Positions 19,344-27,851 are shown, counted from the stretch's first letter. The stretch is DNA of 64,000 nucleotides from Sphingomonadales bacterium (GCA_019750455.1 JAIEOM010000031.1:2810-66809); one strand, 5' to 3'. Notes: a model not told the origin generated them from the sequence alone. Translations and numbers: made by a program.

Positions 19344-20630
19344 CTACTTCCCGATGCAAAACCGCCCGAACAGCGTATCGAGCATGTCCTCGGTCGTCGC
19401 CCGCCCTATCAGCTGGTCGAAAGCCACGCGCGCGCGGCGCAGCTCCTCGGCAACAAGCAGGGGATCGGAAAGACACTGCGCCGATACCAGCGCTTCTGCG
19501 GCGTCGGAGAGGCGCGCATGCTGCCGGGCATTGAGCGCCGCCTCGCCCGGCTTGGGCAGCGCACCACGCGCCGCCTCGACCAGAGCATCCTTCAGCGCGG
19601 ACACCCCGTCCCCTGTCGTCGCAGACAGTGTGAAGTTCGCGCGGGACTTCGGTGCAAAATCCGTCCGGTCCGACTGCGCCGCCACCTCCCAAGCACCTTG
19701 CGGCCCCTCGCCCTCCGCCCCGAGCCACAGGACAGCATCAGCCCGCGCCAGAGCATCACGCGCGCGGTCGATGCCGATGGCCTCGATCGGATCGGCGCCT
19801 TCCACTTCCCGGAGGCCTGCTGTGTCGACAAAGGTGAACGGCACCCCCGCGATAGCCACGGAGCGTTCAATTACATCCCGCGTGGTGCCAGCGATGGGCG
19901 AGGTGATCGCCGCCTCGCTTTCGACCAGCGCGTTGAACAAGGTGGACTTGCCAGCATTGGGCGGCCCGGCCAGCACCACCCGGAACCCCTCCCCCAACCG
20001 CTCCGAACGCGGACGGCCGAGCCACCCAGTCAATTCCTCCGCCAGCGCGGCGATGTTCCACGTGAAACTTTCGGGCAGCTCCGCCGAGTCTTCCTCATCG
20101 GAGAAGTCCAGCACACCCTCGACCTCGGCTGACAGCCCCAACACCCGATCGCGCCACAGATCGACCTGCCGCGACAACACTCCGCCCGCATTGGCCAACG
20201 CGGCGGCGCGCTGCAATTCGGTCTCGGCAGAGAGCAGATCGGCGAGGCCTTCCGCCTCGGCCAGATCGATGCGTCCATTGGCGAAGGCACGCCGGGTGAA
20301 TTCTCCCGGCTCGGCGCGACGCACTCCGGGCAACGAAACGAGCGCCCGCTCGACCGCTACAATCACAGCGCGGCCGCCGTGGCAGTGGAACTCGGCGAGA
20401 TCCTCGCCCGTCGCAGTAGCCGGTCCCGGAAACCAGAGTACAAGCGCCTCGTCGAGCAGTGAACCCTCCGCATCCCGCAACCGCGCGAGCGAGGCCCGAC
20501 GCGGTTCGGGTACGCGCCCGGCAAGCGCCTCAAGGGCCGCCTGCGCCGCCGGGCCGGACACGCGGATTACCCCCACGCCCGCCGGCGGCGCGCCGCTGGA
20601 GAGCGCGAAGATCGTCGGCCTGTCGATCAC
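19344..20630 (-). CDS. mnmE: tRNA modification GTPase MnmE (TrmE)
   Basis: GTG start 20630; GPPNAGKSTLFNAL G1 motif, DTAGLR, C-terminal FCIGK. Confidence 0.95.
   Translation of the reverse strand: MIDRPTIFALSSGAPPAGVGVIRVSGPAAQAALEALAGRVPEPRRASLARLRDAEGSLLDEALVLWFPGPATATGEDLAEFHCHGGRAVIVAVERALVSLPGVRRAEPGEFTRRAFANGRIDLAEAEGLADLLSAETELQRAAALANAGGVLSRQVDLWRDRVLGLSAEVEGVLDFSDEEDSAELPESFTWNIAALAEELTGWLGRPRSERLGEGFRVVLAGPPNAGKSTLFNALVESEAAITSPIAGTTRDVIERSVAIAGVPFTFVDTAGLREVEGADPIEAIGIDRARDALARADAVLWLGAEGEGPQGAWEVAAQSDRTDFAPKSRANFTLSATTGDGVSALKDALVEAARGALPKPGEAALNARQHARLSDAAEALVSAQCLSDPLLVAEELRRARVAFDQLIGRATTEDMLDTLFGRFCIGK
20054..20069. promoter_or_regulatory. degenerate parS-like site TGTTCCACGTGAAACT
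   Basis: 14/16 to the local palindrome and 15/16 to TGTTNCACGTGAAACA; inside mnmE (read as SFTWNI). Confidence 0.45.
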
Positions 20631-20634
20631 CGGT

Positions 20635-20895
20635 TCAGTCGGATTTCTTCGAGCCCGAAGAACCTGCCGCCGCCTTCATGCCGCTCTCCACGAAATTCTG
20701 GAACAGCTTCAGCCCGACCTGCCCCATCGGCGCGAGCGCGCTGGCATATTGCTGCAGCTGGTCAGGGTTGGAGACGCCCTGCATCGCCTTGGTCAAGTTC
20801 TCGACATAGACATTGTTGGCGCTGCTCACATCGGGCAGGCCCATGAAGCTGCGGGCCTCCTCGGGCGTGCAGTCAATTTCGATGGTGATCTTCAT
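20635..20895 (-). CDS. small conserved hypothetical protein (86 aa) immediately upstream of mnmE
   Basis: ORF MKITIEIDCTPEEARSFMGLPDV...; 4-nt gap to mnmE start; no recognised motif. Confidence 0.5.
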   Translation of the reverse strand: MKITIEIDCTPEEARSFMGLPDVSSANNVYVENLTKAMQGVSNPDQLQQYASALAPMGQVGLKLFQNFVESGMKAAAGSSGSKKSD

Positions 20896-20996
20896 GGGCT
20901 TGGCGCTCCTCTCCCTGTGTCCCTCTCATTTGGGCTTGGCACGCTTGCAAGGCAAGAGATAGACCGGAGCAAACACCCCCTTCAGGAGAGAACCCC

Positions 20997-21695
20997 ATGA
21001 GCCTCAATGCCACGATCTCCACGCTGGAAGGCGATGCCAGCTTCGGCGCCTATGTCGCTCACCCCGAAGGCACACCGCGGGCGGCGATCATCGTCATTCA
21101 GGAAATCTTCGGCGTGAACCCCGGCATCCGCCAGAAGTGCGACAAGCTGGCAGCCGAGGGCTACCTCGCCGTCGCGCCCGATCTGTTCTGGCGGATCGAG
21201 CCGGGCATCGAGCTTGACCCCGATGTCGAACCCGAATTCCAGCGTGCTCTCGGGCTGTTCGGCGAGTTCGATCAGGACGCAGGGATCCGCGATATCGAGG
21301 CGACCATCCACCACATCCGCCGCACTCTCGGCGTCGCGAAGGTCGGCTGCGTCGGCTACTGTCTCGGCGGGCGGCTCGCATACATGACGGCCGCCCGCAC
21401 CGATATCGATGCATCGGTCGGCTATTACGGCGTCGGCATCGATGGCCTTCTGGGTGAGAAGCACGCGATTGCCCACCCGCTGATGCTGCACATCCCGACC
21501 GAGGACGGCTTTGTTTCACGTGAAACACAGGCGGCGATGCACGAGGGTCTGGACGATCACCCGAAGGTCACCCTGCACGATTACAAAAGTCTCGATCACG
21601 GCTTCGCCACGGAGCACGGCAAGCGCCGCAATGAGGAAGCCGCGAACCTCGCCGACGGGCGGACCGCTGCATTTTTCGCAGAGCATCTGGGGTGA
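20997..21695 (+). CDS. dienelactone hydrolase family protein (carboxymethylenebutenolidase-like)
   Basis: AGGAGAG RBS; IIVIQEIFGVN, nucleophile motif VGYCLGG, C-terminal HGF; contains one parS. Confidence 0.8.
   Translation: MSLNATISTLEGDASFGAYVAHPEGTPRAAIIVIQEIFGVNPGIRQKCDKLAAEGYLAVAPDLFWRIEPGIELDPDVEPEFQRALGLFGEFDQDAGIRDIEATIHHIRRTLGVAKVGCVGYCLGGRLAYMTAARTDIDASVGYYGVGIDGLLGEKHAIAHPLMLHIPTEDGFVSRETQAAMHEGLDDHPKVTLHDYKSLDHGFATEHGKRRNEEAANLADGRTAAFFAEHLG
21512..21527. promoter_or_regulatory. parS site 7, perfect 16-bp core (flanks differ)
   Basis: Exact TGTTTCACGTGAAACA inside the dienelactone hydrolase gene (read as FVSRETQ). Confidence 0.85.
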
Positions 21696-22330
21696 AGCGC
21701 CCCGCCCTCCTCGCGCTGGCGCTGCTCGCCGCTCCCGCCGCCGCGCAGGTGGGCCCGCAAATCTTTTTGAACGACGGAGAGAGTGTCGAGACCGAGCTGC
21801 GGGCCGACCTCAATGGCGACGGCAACCCTGATCTTGCGTATGTCGCCGCGGCCGGGGACGAGCGCGAGCTGCGCGTGGTGATAAGCTACGTCGACGAATT
21901 CAATTTCGGCGAATTGCCCGTCCAAGTGCTTGCGCTGGATCCCTACCCGGTAGGGGACGCAGTGCTTTCTGCCAAAGGCAATCGGCGGGGCACGGTCTTG
22001 ATCTTCGAGGACCTCACCGGCGGCACCACCGCGGTCGCCTCAACCCATCGCTTTCGCTGGGACGACAAACTCGGCGCGATGCGCCTGATAGGCTTGGATG
22101 CCACGCTTTACAGCCGGACCTTTGCGCATGATGGCCGGGAGGCCAGCTGGAACCTGCTGACCGGCGATCTCGTCACCCGCACACTGAAGCTCAACACAGG
22201 GTCGGGCGATCAAGCTTATCAATCAGTCGGCGAAGAGAAAAAGAAGAAGCCGAGCAAGGCGCTGAGGCTGGAGGAATCGCCAAGCGGCGACGCGTTGCTC
22301 GGATGGCCTGCGGGTGGACCGGATCGATAG
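21692..22330 (+). CDS. secreted hypothetical protein with an FG-GAP/calcium-loop-like DLNGDGNPD motif
   Basis: GTG start overlapping previous stop; signal peptide MKRPALLALALLAAPAAAQ. Confidence 0.5.
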   Translation: MKRPALLALALLAAPAAAQVGPQIFLNDGESVETELRADLNGDGNPDLAYVAAAGDERELRVVISYVDEFNFGELPVQVLALDPYPVGDAVLSAKGNRRGTVLIFEDLTGGTTAVASTHRFRWDDKLGAMRLIGLDATLYSRTFAHDGREASWNLLTGDLVTRTLKLNTGSGDQAYQSVGEEKKKKPSKALRLEESPSGDALLGWPAGGPDR

Positions 22331-22344
22331 AGGAGAGGACACAC

Positions 22345-22746
22345 ATGACCGCAACACACGCCGGCCTTGCGAAATGGCACGCCTATATGGAGCACGGCAG
22401 CGATCCCGCGATGCTATCGGACCTGCTGGCCGATGACGCGGTGTTCCACTCGCCCGTGGTGCACACGCCGCAAGTGGGGAAAGCCATTGTCATGGCCTAC
22501 CTCGTCGCCGCCAGCCATACCCTCGGCAATGACAGCTTCCACTATGTCCGCGAGCTGGTGGACGGGGACGAGATGATGCTCGAATTCGTGACCGAGATGG
22601 ACGGGATCACGGTGAACGGGGTCGACATCATTCGCTTCAATGCGGAAGGAAAGATCATCGATTTCAAGGTAATGGTTCGACCGCTGAAGGCGATCAACAA
22701 GGTCTGGGAAATGATGGCGGCACAGCTGGCCGCCAGCAAAGCCTAG
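22345..22746 (+). CDS. NTF2/SnoaL-like fold protein
   Basis: Internal ATG 22345 (MTATHAGLAKWHAY...) of ORF 22303..22746; size and pattern typical of SnoaL-like domain; weak call. Confidence 0.5.
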   Translation: MTATHAGLAKWHAYMEHGSDPAMLSDLLADDAVFHSPVVHTPQVGKAIVMAYLVAASHTLGNDSFHYVRELVDGDEMMLEFVTEMDGITVNGVDIIRFNAEGKIIDFKVMVRPLKAINKVWEMMAAQLAASKA

Positions 22747-23135
22747 TTCAGCACCGCGAAATTGACGATCATCTTCCGCACCTCGGGATCCAGCCCTTGC
22801 GGCAGATCCCGCTCCAGCATGTCGCGTCGGCTTTCGATGCTCTCCGCGATCATCACGCGTTTCATCGCCCAGTCGGGGCAGGCACGCGCGGCAATGCCGC
22901 GCCGGTCTAGCACCGAGACACCGCTGTGCCGCGGGTCGGCCGTGATGGTTTCCATCAGCGCGGCAACCTCACCCTCCTCGCCCTCGAGCAGCTGCAGGAA
23001 GTTGCGGCCGTTGAACAGCAGCAACCCCGTGATACCCCGCGCCGGATTGTTGCGCGCGCTGGTAGCGAGAATGTCTTCCACCACCTCGCGCGGCAGGGTC
23101 GGCGCAGTGCTGATATAGAGATACTGGCTGAGCAC
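22743..23135 (-). CDS. short BLUF domain blue-light photoreceptor
   Basis: (GTG)LSQYLYISTA...ITGLLLFNGRNFLQLLEGEEGEV...DPRH: conserved Tyr, Gln and LEG elements of BLUF; 130 aa. Confidence 0.8.
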   Translation of the reverse strand: MLSQYLYISTAPTLPREVVEDILATSARNNPARGITGLLLFNGRNFLQLLEGEEGEVAALMETITADPRHSGVSVLDRRGIAARACPDWAMKRVMIAESIESRRDMLERDLPQGLDPEVRKMIVNFAVLN

Positions 23136-23183
23136 GTCTTCCCGTCCGTCCGTCTGCGGCCCGACCCCTCGGCCCGTTGGTGC

Positions 23184-24449
23184 TTACTGATTCATTGTGG
23201 CGAAGAAATCTTCGTTGGTCTTGGAATCCTTCATCTTGTCGAGCAGGAATTCCATCGCGTCTACGGTGCCCATCTGCATCAGGATGCGGCGCAGCACCCA
23301 CATCTTCGAAAGGTTGTCCTTGGCCACCAGCAACTCTTCCTTGCGGGTGCCGGACTTGCCGACATCGAGCGCGGGGAAGATCCGCTTGTCGGAAACCTTG
23401 CGATCGAGCACGATTTCCGAATTGCCGGTGCCCTTGAACTCTTCGAAGATCACTTCGTCCATGCGGCTGCCGGTGTCGATCAGCGCGGTGGCGATGATCG
23501 AGAGGCTGCCGCCCTCCTCGATGTTGCGCGCGGCGCCAAAGAACCGCTTGGGGCGCTGGAGAGCGTTGGCATCCACACCGCCGGTCAGCACCTTACCCGA
23601 GGAGGGCACCACGGTGTTGTATGCGCGACCGAGGCGGGTGATCGAGTCGAGCAGGATCACCACGTCATGCTTGTGCTCGACCAGGCGCTTGGCCTTTTCG
23701 ATCACCATTTCAGCGACTTGCACGTGACGGTTGGCGGGTTCGTCAAAGGTCGAGGAGATCACCTCGCCCTTCACCGAACGCTGCATGTCGGTGACTTCCT
23801 CCGGGCGTTCATCGACCAGGAGGACGATCAGGAACACCTCGGGGTGGTTGTCGGTGATCGCCTTGGCGATGTTCTGCAGCAGCACGGTCTTACCCGTGCG
23901 CGGCGGCGCGACGATCAGCGCGCGCTGGCCCTTGCCCTGCGGCGCGATGATGTCGATCACCCGCGCGCTCTTGTCCTTCACGGTCGGATCGAGCGTGTCG
24001 AGCGTCAGCTTCTGGTCGGGGTAGAGCGGCGTGAGGTTGTCGAAATTGGTGCGCAGGCGGACCGCGTCGGGATCGTCGAAATTGACCTTGGCGAGGCTGG
24101 TCAGCGCAAAGTAGCGCTCGCCATCGCGGGGTGCGCGGATCTCACCTTCGACCGTGTCGCCGGTGCGCAGGCCCCAGCGGCGGACCTGGTTGGGCGAGAC
24201 GTAGATGTCGTCCGGCCCGGCAAGGTAATTCGCCTCGGGCGAACGCAGGAAGCCGAAACCGTCCTGCAGCACCTCGATGGTGCCGATGCCCATGATCTTC
24301 TCTTCGTATTCCTCGTCCTCGGCGAGTTCGCGCAGGATCGAGAAGAGCAGATCCTGCCGACGCATGGTCGAAGCGCCTTCGACGCCCAGCTCTTCCGCCA
24401 TCGCGACCAGTTCGGCCGGGGTCTTTCGCTTCAAGTCCTTGAGATGCAT
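23184..24449 (-). CDS. rho: transcription termination factor Rho
   Basis: [16 protein letters not shown]-terminus, RNA-binding domain, Walker [13 protein letters not shown]. Confidence 0.97.
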   Translation of the reverse strand: MHLKDLKRKTPAELVAMAEELGVEGASTMRRQDLLFSILRELAEDEEYEEKIMGIGTIEVLQDGFGFLRSPEANYLAGPDDIYVSPNQVRRWGLRTGDTVEGEIRAPRDGERYFALTSLAKVNFDDPDAVRLRTNFDNLTPLYPDQKLTLDTLDPTVKDKSARVIDIIAPQGKGQRALIVAPPRTGKTVLLQNIAKAITDNHPEVFLIVLLVDERPEEVTDMQRSVKGEVISSTFDEPANRHVQVAEMVIEKAKRLVEHKHDVVILLDSITRLGRAYNTVVPSSGKVLTGGVDANALQRPKRFFGAARNIEEGGSLSIIATALIDTGSRMDEVIFEEFKGTGNSEIVLDRKVSDKRIFPALDVGKSGTRKEELLVAKDNLSKMWVLRRILMQMGTVDAMEFLLDKMKDSKTNEDFFATMNQ

Positions 24450-24589
24450 TGTATATTTCCGAAATTCTTAGAGTGGCCGGTTGGTCAGTGCCGCCGTTTG
24501 CAGGCGGTGCCCCTTATCGGCGGGGCTGGGCTTGGGGAAAGCAGACCGCATGGAGCGCCTCGGCGCTCCGGTACCGGATAGGTAATCAG

Positions 24590-24618
24590 GAAATAGGAGC
24601 GCGCGAGGGCTAGGTCAA
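24590..24618 (-). promoter_or_regulatory. candidate sigma70-type promoter for rho
   Basis: Minus strand TTGACC-N17-TATTTC between hemJ stop and rho start; would give a ~130-nt leader containing a perfect 8-bp-stem palindrome (24552..24569). Confidence 0.3.
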
Positions 24619-24634
24619 TCGGCGAATGTGCGCC

Positions 24635-25078
24635 TCAGAAAGGCTTCAGATAGACCAGCAGCACGATGAGGATCAGCAGGATGCCAGGCACCTCGCCAAT
24701 CATCCGCAGCGTCTTTTCAGAGAGCGGACGCTCCCCACGTGCCATCTTCTTGGTCTGCCCGACCAGCCAGCCATGATAGCCGGTCATGGCTAGGACCAGT
24801 GTCAGCTTGGCGTGGAGCCAGCCCGAAGTGAACCAGCCCCCGCCATAGGCCATCGACAGCCCGAGCACCCAGACAATCAGCATCGAGGGCGTCAGAATGA
24901 TCTTCCGCAGCTTCCCCATCCGCTCCGCCCACTTGGCCTCCCCCGGCGATCCCGGCGCGTGATCGAGCATGTAGATGCACTGGCGCGGCAGCATGAACAG
25001 CCCCGCCAGCCAGAATACCATGAAGATCACGTGCCCCGACTTGAGGAACAGGTAGATCGACAAGAGCAATTCCTGCAT
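24635..25078 (-). CDS. hemJ: protoporphyrinogen IX oxidase HemJ (UPF0093/CopD-like membrane protein)
   Basis: 147 aa, 4 TM, LKSGHVIFMVFWLAGLFMLPR typical HemJ N-terminus; adjacent to hemE. Confidence 0.75.
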   Translation of the reverse strand: MQELLLSIYLFLKSGHVIFMVFWLAGLFMLPRQCIYMLDHAPGSPGEAKWAERMGKLRKIILTPSMLIVWVLGLSMAYGGGWFTSGWLHAKLTLVLAMTGYHGWLVGQTKKMARGERPLSEKTLRMIGEVPGILLILIVLLVYLKPF

Positions 25079-25082
25079 CGGT

Positions 25083-26099
25083 TCAGCCCCTCAGCGCGCT
25101 AAGCAATTCCTCGACATGCGAAATCGGCGTGAACTGCCCGATCCCGTGGCCGAGGTTGAACACATGGGGCCGATCCTCGAAGGCGGCGATGATGGTCTTC
25201 ACCCGTGCCGCCAGTGCCGGGCCGCCTGCTTCGAGCAGCAGGGGATCGAAATTGCCCTGCACCGGCATGCCCTGCGGCAGGCTCTGGTGCGCCCAGACCG
25301 GATCGAGCGTCTCGTCGAGTCCGACTGCGTCCACGCCCGTCTCGCGGGCATAGGCCGGCAGCTTCGCTCCCGCGCCCTTGGGGAAGCCGATCACCGGAGT
25401 GTCCGGGTGCGTTTCCTTGAGCTTCGCGGTGATCGCGGCGTTGGGGGCAATCACCCACTTCTCGAACTGGTCTGGAGCAAGGCTGCCCGCCCAGCTATCG
25501 AACAGCTGCACCGCCTCGGCCCCTGCGTCGATCTGGCCGCGCAGGTAGGTCACCGACACATCGGTGATCGCGTCGATGATCGCCTGCATATGCTCGGGGT
25601 CGCGATAGGCGAGCAGCCGGGCCGGGCCCTGATCCTTGGAGCCTTCGCCCGCGATCATGTAGGTCGCGACCGTCCAGGGGCTCCCCGCAAAGCCGAGCAT
25701 GGTCACCTCCGGCCCGATCATCGCACGGGTGCGGCGCACGGTTTCGTAAACTGGTTCGAACCGTTCGAAGGCGGGAGTGAAGCTGTCCAGCCCGACTTCA
25801 AGCAGGGTGGGCGAGAGGTGCGGACCTTCACCGGCGGCAAAGGTCAGTCCCTGCCCCATCGCATGCGGTACGATCAGGATATCGGAGAACAGGATTGCCC
25901 CGTCGAAACCGAAGCGCCGGATCGGCTGGACGGTAATCTCGGCCGCGGCCTCGCTGTCATAAACCAGTTCGAGAAAGCCGCCTTTCTCGGCCCGCAATTC
26001 ACGATATTCCGGCAGATAACGTCCTGCCTGACGCATGAGCCACACGGGAGGCACAAGCTGGCGGACACCTTTGAGCGTATCGAGAAGCGGACCGGGCAT
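25083..26099 (-). CDS. hemE: uroporphyrinogen decarboxylase
   Basis: PPVWLMRQAGRYLPEYRELR signature. Confidence 0.95.
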   Translation of the reverse strand: MPGPLLDTLKGVRQLVPPVWLMRQAGRYLPEYRELRAEKGGFLELVYDSEAAAEITVQPIRRFGFDGAILFSDILIVPHAMGQGLTFAAGEGPHLSPTLLEVGLDSFTPAFERFEPVYETVRRTRAMIGPEVTMLGFAGSPWTVATYMIAGEGSKDQGPARLLAYRDPEHMQAIIDAITDVSVTYLRGQIDAGAEAVQLFDSWAGSLAPDQFEKWVIAPNAAITAKLKETHPDTPVIGFPKGAGAKLPAYARETGVDAVGLDETLDPVWAHQSLPQGMPVQGNFDPLLLEAGGPALAARVKTIIAAFEDRPHVFNLGHGIGQFTPISHVEELLSALRG

Positions 26100-26415
26100 A
26101 GGGTTCCTTAGAGCAAATCAATTCAATTTATAAAAGGAATGATGGAGTCTGTTGGCCCTGTGGAAAGCGGGAATTACCGGGCCTTGCCCGATTGCCCCCA
26201 GCCTGACCCCATGACTCATACCCCCACCGAATCCGCACGGATTGGACGTCAAGCCAGCTTTATCCTCGTTCTTCACAGCCTGTCGACAAATCTTGTCCCG
26301 TGTGGGCAAATACCCCGAGGAAAAGGCCGGAAACGGGCATGAAAAGTGCTCCCCAGCTTGTCCGGCAGTCCCTCCCGTGGTTTATGCGGCGATCTGTCCA
26401 CAGGGCCCTTCCGGC
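26100..26415. other. candidate chromosomal replication origin (oriC)
   Basis: hemE / PpsR-like-maf-aroE-coaE-dnaQ synteny as at Caulobacter Cori; AT-rich 26111..26144; four 7/9 DnaA-box-like sites; three GANTC; gene orientation diverges here. Confidence 0.55.
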
Positions 26416-27261
26416 ATGAACCGACTCAATCTGCACCTTGTATCGGATTCGACTGGCGAGACGCTGGAAATGATCGCCAAGGCGGCGCTGGCGCAGTTCG
26501 ATAACCCCAGCGTGAACCGTCATTTCTGGCCGATGGTGCGCTCGCTCCAGCATCTCGACCGGATCGTCCCAGATCTGGCCGCGCACCCCGGGCTGGTGTT
26601 CTACACACTCGTCAATCCCGATACCCGCAAGCGGTTGGAGGAACATTGCCGCCATCTCGGCCTGCCGGCGGTGCCGGTGCTCGATCAGGTGACCGCGGCG
26701 CTTGAAGCGCAGCTCGGTCAGGAAGCCCATGGCCGCCCGGGCCGCCAGCACATGATGGACGAGAGCTATTTCAAGCGCGTCGATGCCATCCAGTACACCA
26801 TCGCCCATGATGACGGGATCGGGCACGAGGAATGGGAACAGGCCGATATCGTGCTGGTCGGCGTGTCGCGATCGTCCAAGACGCCGACCTCGATCTATCT
26901 CGCCAACCGTGGCTACAAAGTCGCGAATATCCCGCTGGTGGTGGAAAGCCCTCCGCCACAGACGCTCTACCGGTTGCGCCATCCGCTGGTGGTGGGCCTG
27001 ACGACTTCGCCCGAACGGCTCATCCAGATCAGGCGCAACCGCCTGTTATCGCTCAATGAAGCGACCGAGACAGCTTACGTGGACAATGACCGCGTCAAGG
27101 CAGAGCTGCAATTCGCGCGGCGGATGTTCGGGGACAATGGCTGGCCGGTGATCGACGTGACCCGCCGGTCGATCGAGGAGACGGCGGCGGCGATCATCCG
27201 CCTCGCGCAGGAGCGTGACCGCAAGCCCGCCAACGAAGGCGGGGTGGGCAAGCCGATATGA
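26416..27261 (+). CDS. kinase/pyrophosphorylase (PpsR/PDRP, DUF299) regulatory protein
   Basis: Internal ATG 26416 (MNRLNLHLVSDSTGETL); GVSRSSKTPTSIYLA P-loop-like motif. Confidence 0.85.
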   Translation: MNRLNLHLVSDSTGETLEMIAKAALAQFDNPSVNRHFWPMVRSLQHLDRIVPDLAAHPGLVFYTLVNPDTRKRLEEHCRHLGLPAVPVLDQVTAALEAQLGQEAHGRPGRQHMMDESYFKRVDAIQYTIAHDDGIGHEEWEQADIVLVGVSRSSKTPTSIYLANRGYKVANIPLVVESPPPQTLYRLRHPLVVGLTTSPERLIQIRRNRLLSLNEATETAYVDNDRVKAELQFARRMFGDNGWPVIDVTRRSIEETAAAIIRLAQERDRKPANEGGVGKPI

Positions 27262-27851
27262 GCAAACATCTGATTCTCGCCAGCAAATCCGCCTCACGCC
27301 GGGCGATGCTCGATGCCGCGGGCGTGGCCTATGACAGCATCCCAGCCGACATCGACGAGCGCGCGGTCGAGGCCGGGTTGCAAGGCGCCGCGCCGTCCGA
27401 GGTGGCCGAAGCGCTGGCGGTCGCCAAGGCGGCGGCGGTGGCGGCGCTTCACAGCCAAGCCCTTGTTCTCGGATCGGATTCCCTTGTGGTCTGTGACGGT
27501 CGCCGCTTCGACAAGCCACGTTCGCGCGAGGAGGCGGGTGAGCACCTGCGGTTCTTCTCGGGCAAGGTCATGGAGCTTCACTCCGCCGCGGCGCTGATCA
27601 GGGATGGCGGGTGCGAATGGAGCCACGCCAGCATCGCCCGCCTACACGTGCGCCCGCTCTCGGACCGATTTATCGAGCATTATCTTGACCTTGAATGGCC
27701 CGCCATCGGGCACACCGTAGGGGCGTTCCGCATCGAGGGGCCTGGAGTGCAGCTATTCTCGGCCATTGAGGGCGACCAGTTCACCGTGCTCGGCATGCCG
27801 CTGCTGCCCCTGCTGGAGGCCCTGCGCGAGGAAGGGGTTCTGCTGCCGTGA
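27258..27851 (+). CDS. maf: Maf-like nucleoside triphosphate pyrophosphatase
   Basis: LILASKSASRRAMLDAAGV N-terminus; ATGA overlap with previous gene. Confidence 0.85.
   Translation: MSKHLILASKSASRRAMLDAAGVAYDSIPADIDERAVEAGLQGAAPSEVAEALAVAKAAAVAALHSQALVLGSDSLVVCDGRRFDKPRSREEAGEHLRFFSGKVMELHSAAALIRDGGCEWSHASIARLHVRPLSDRFIEHYLDLEWPAIGHTVGAFRIEGPGVQLFSAIEGDQFTVLGMPLLPLLEALREEGVLLP

Noticed and set aside
20936-20950. Sigma-54-like sequence TTGGCACGCTTGCAA upstream of the dienelactone hydrolase gene
   Set aside because: The GG and GC elements are 7 nt apart instead of the required 10 (TGGCAC-N5-TTGC). The spacing is incompatible with a -24/-12 promoter.
18670-21000. 776-aa plus-strand ORF spanning mnmG, the intergenic parS pair and mnmE
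   Set aside because: It is Ser/Ala/Arg-rich low complexity, antisense to two unambiguous conserved genes, and crosses an intergenic region. Shadow ORF.
22926-24581. 551-aa plus-strand ORF antisense to rho and BLUF; also 55165..56463(+) antisense to the flotillin and yqiJ genes
   Set aside because: Shadow ORFs opposite highly conserved genes.
26100-26415. CtrA-binding sites (TTAA-N7-TTAA) within the candidate origin
   Set aside because: No TTAA pair with 7-nt spacing is present on either strand. I therefore make no claim of Caulobacter-like CtrA control of this origin.
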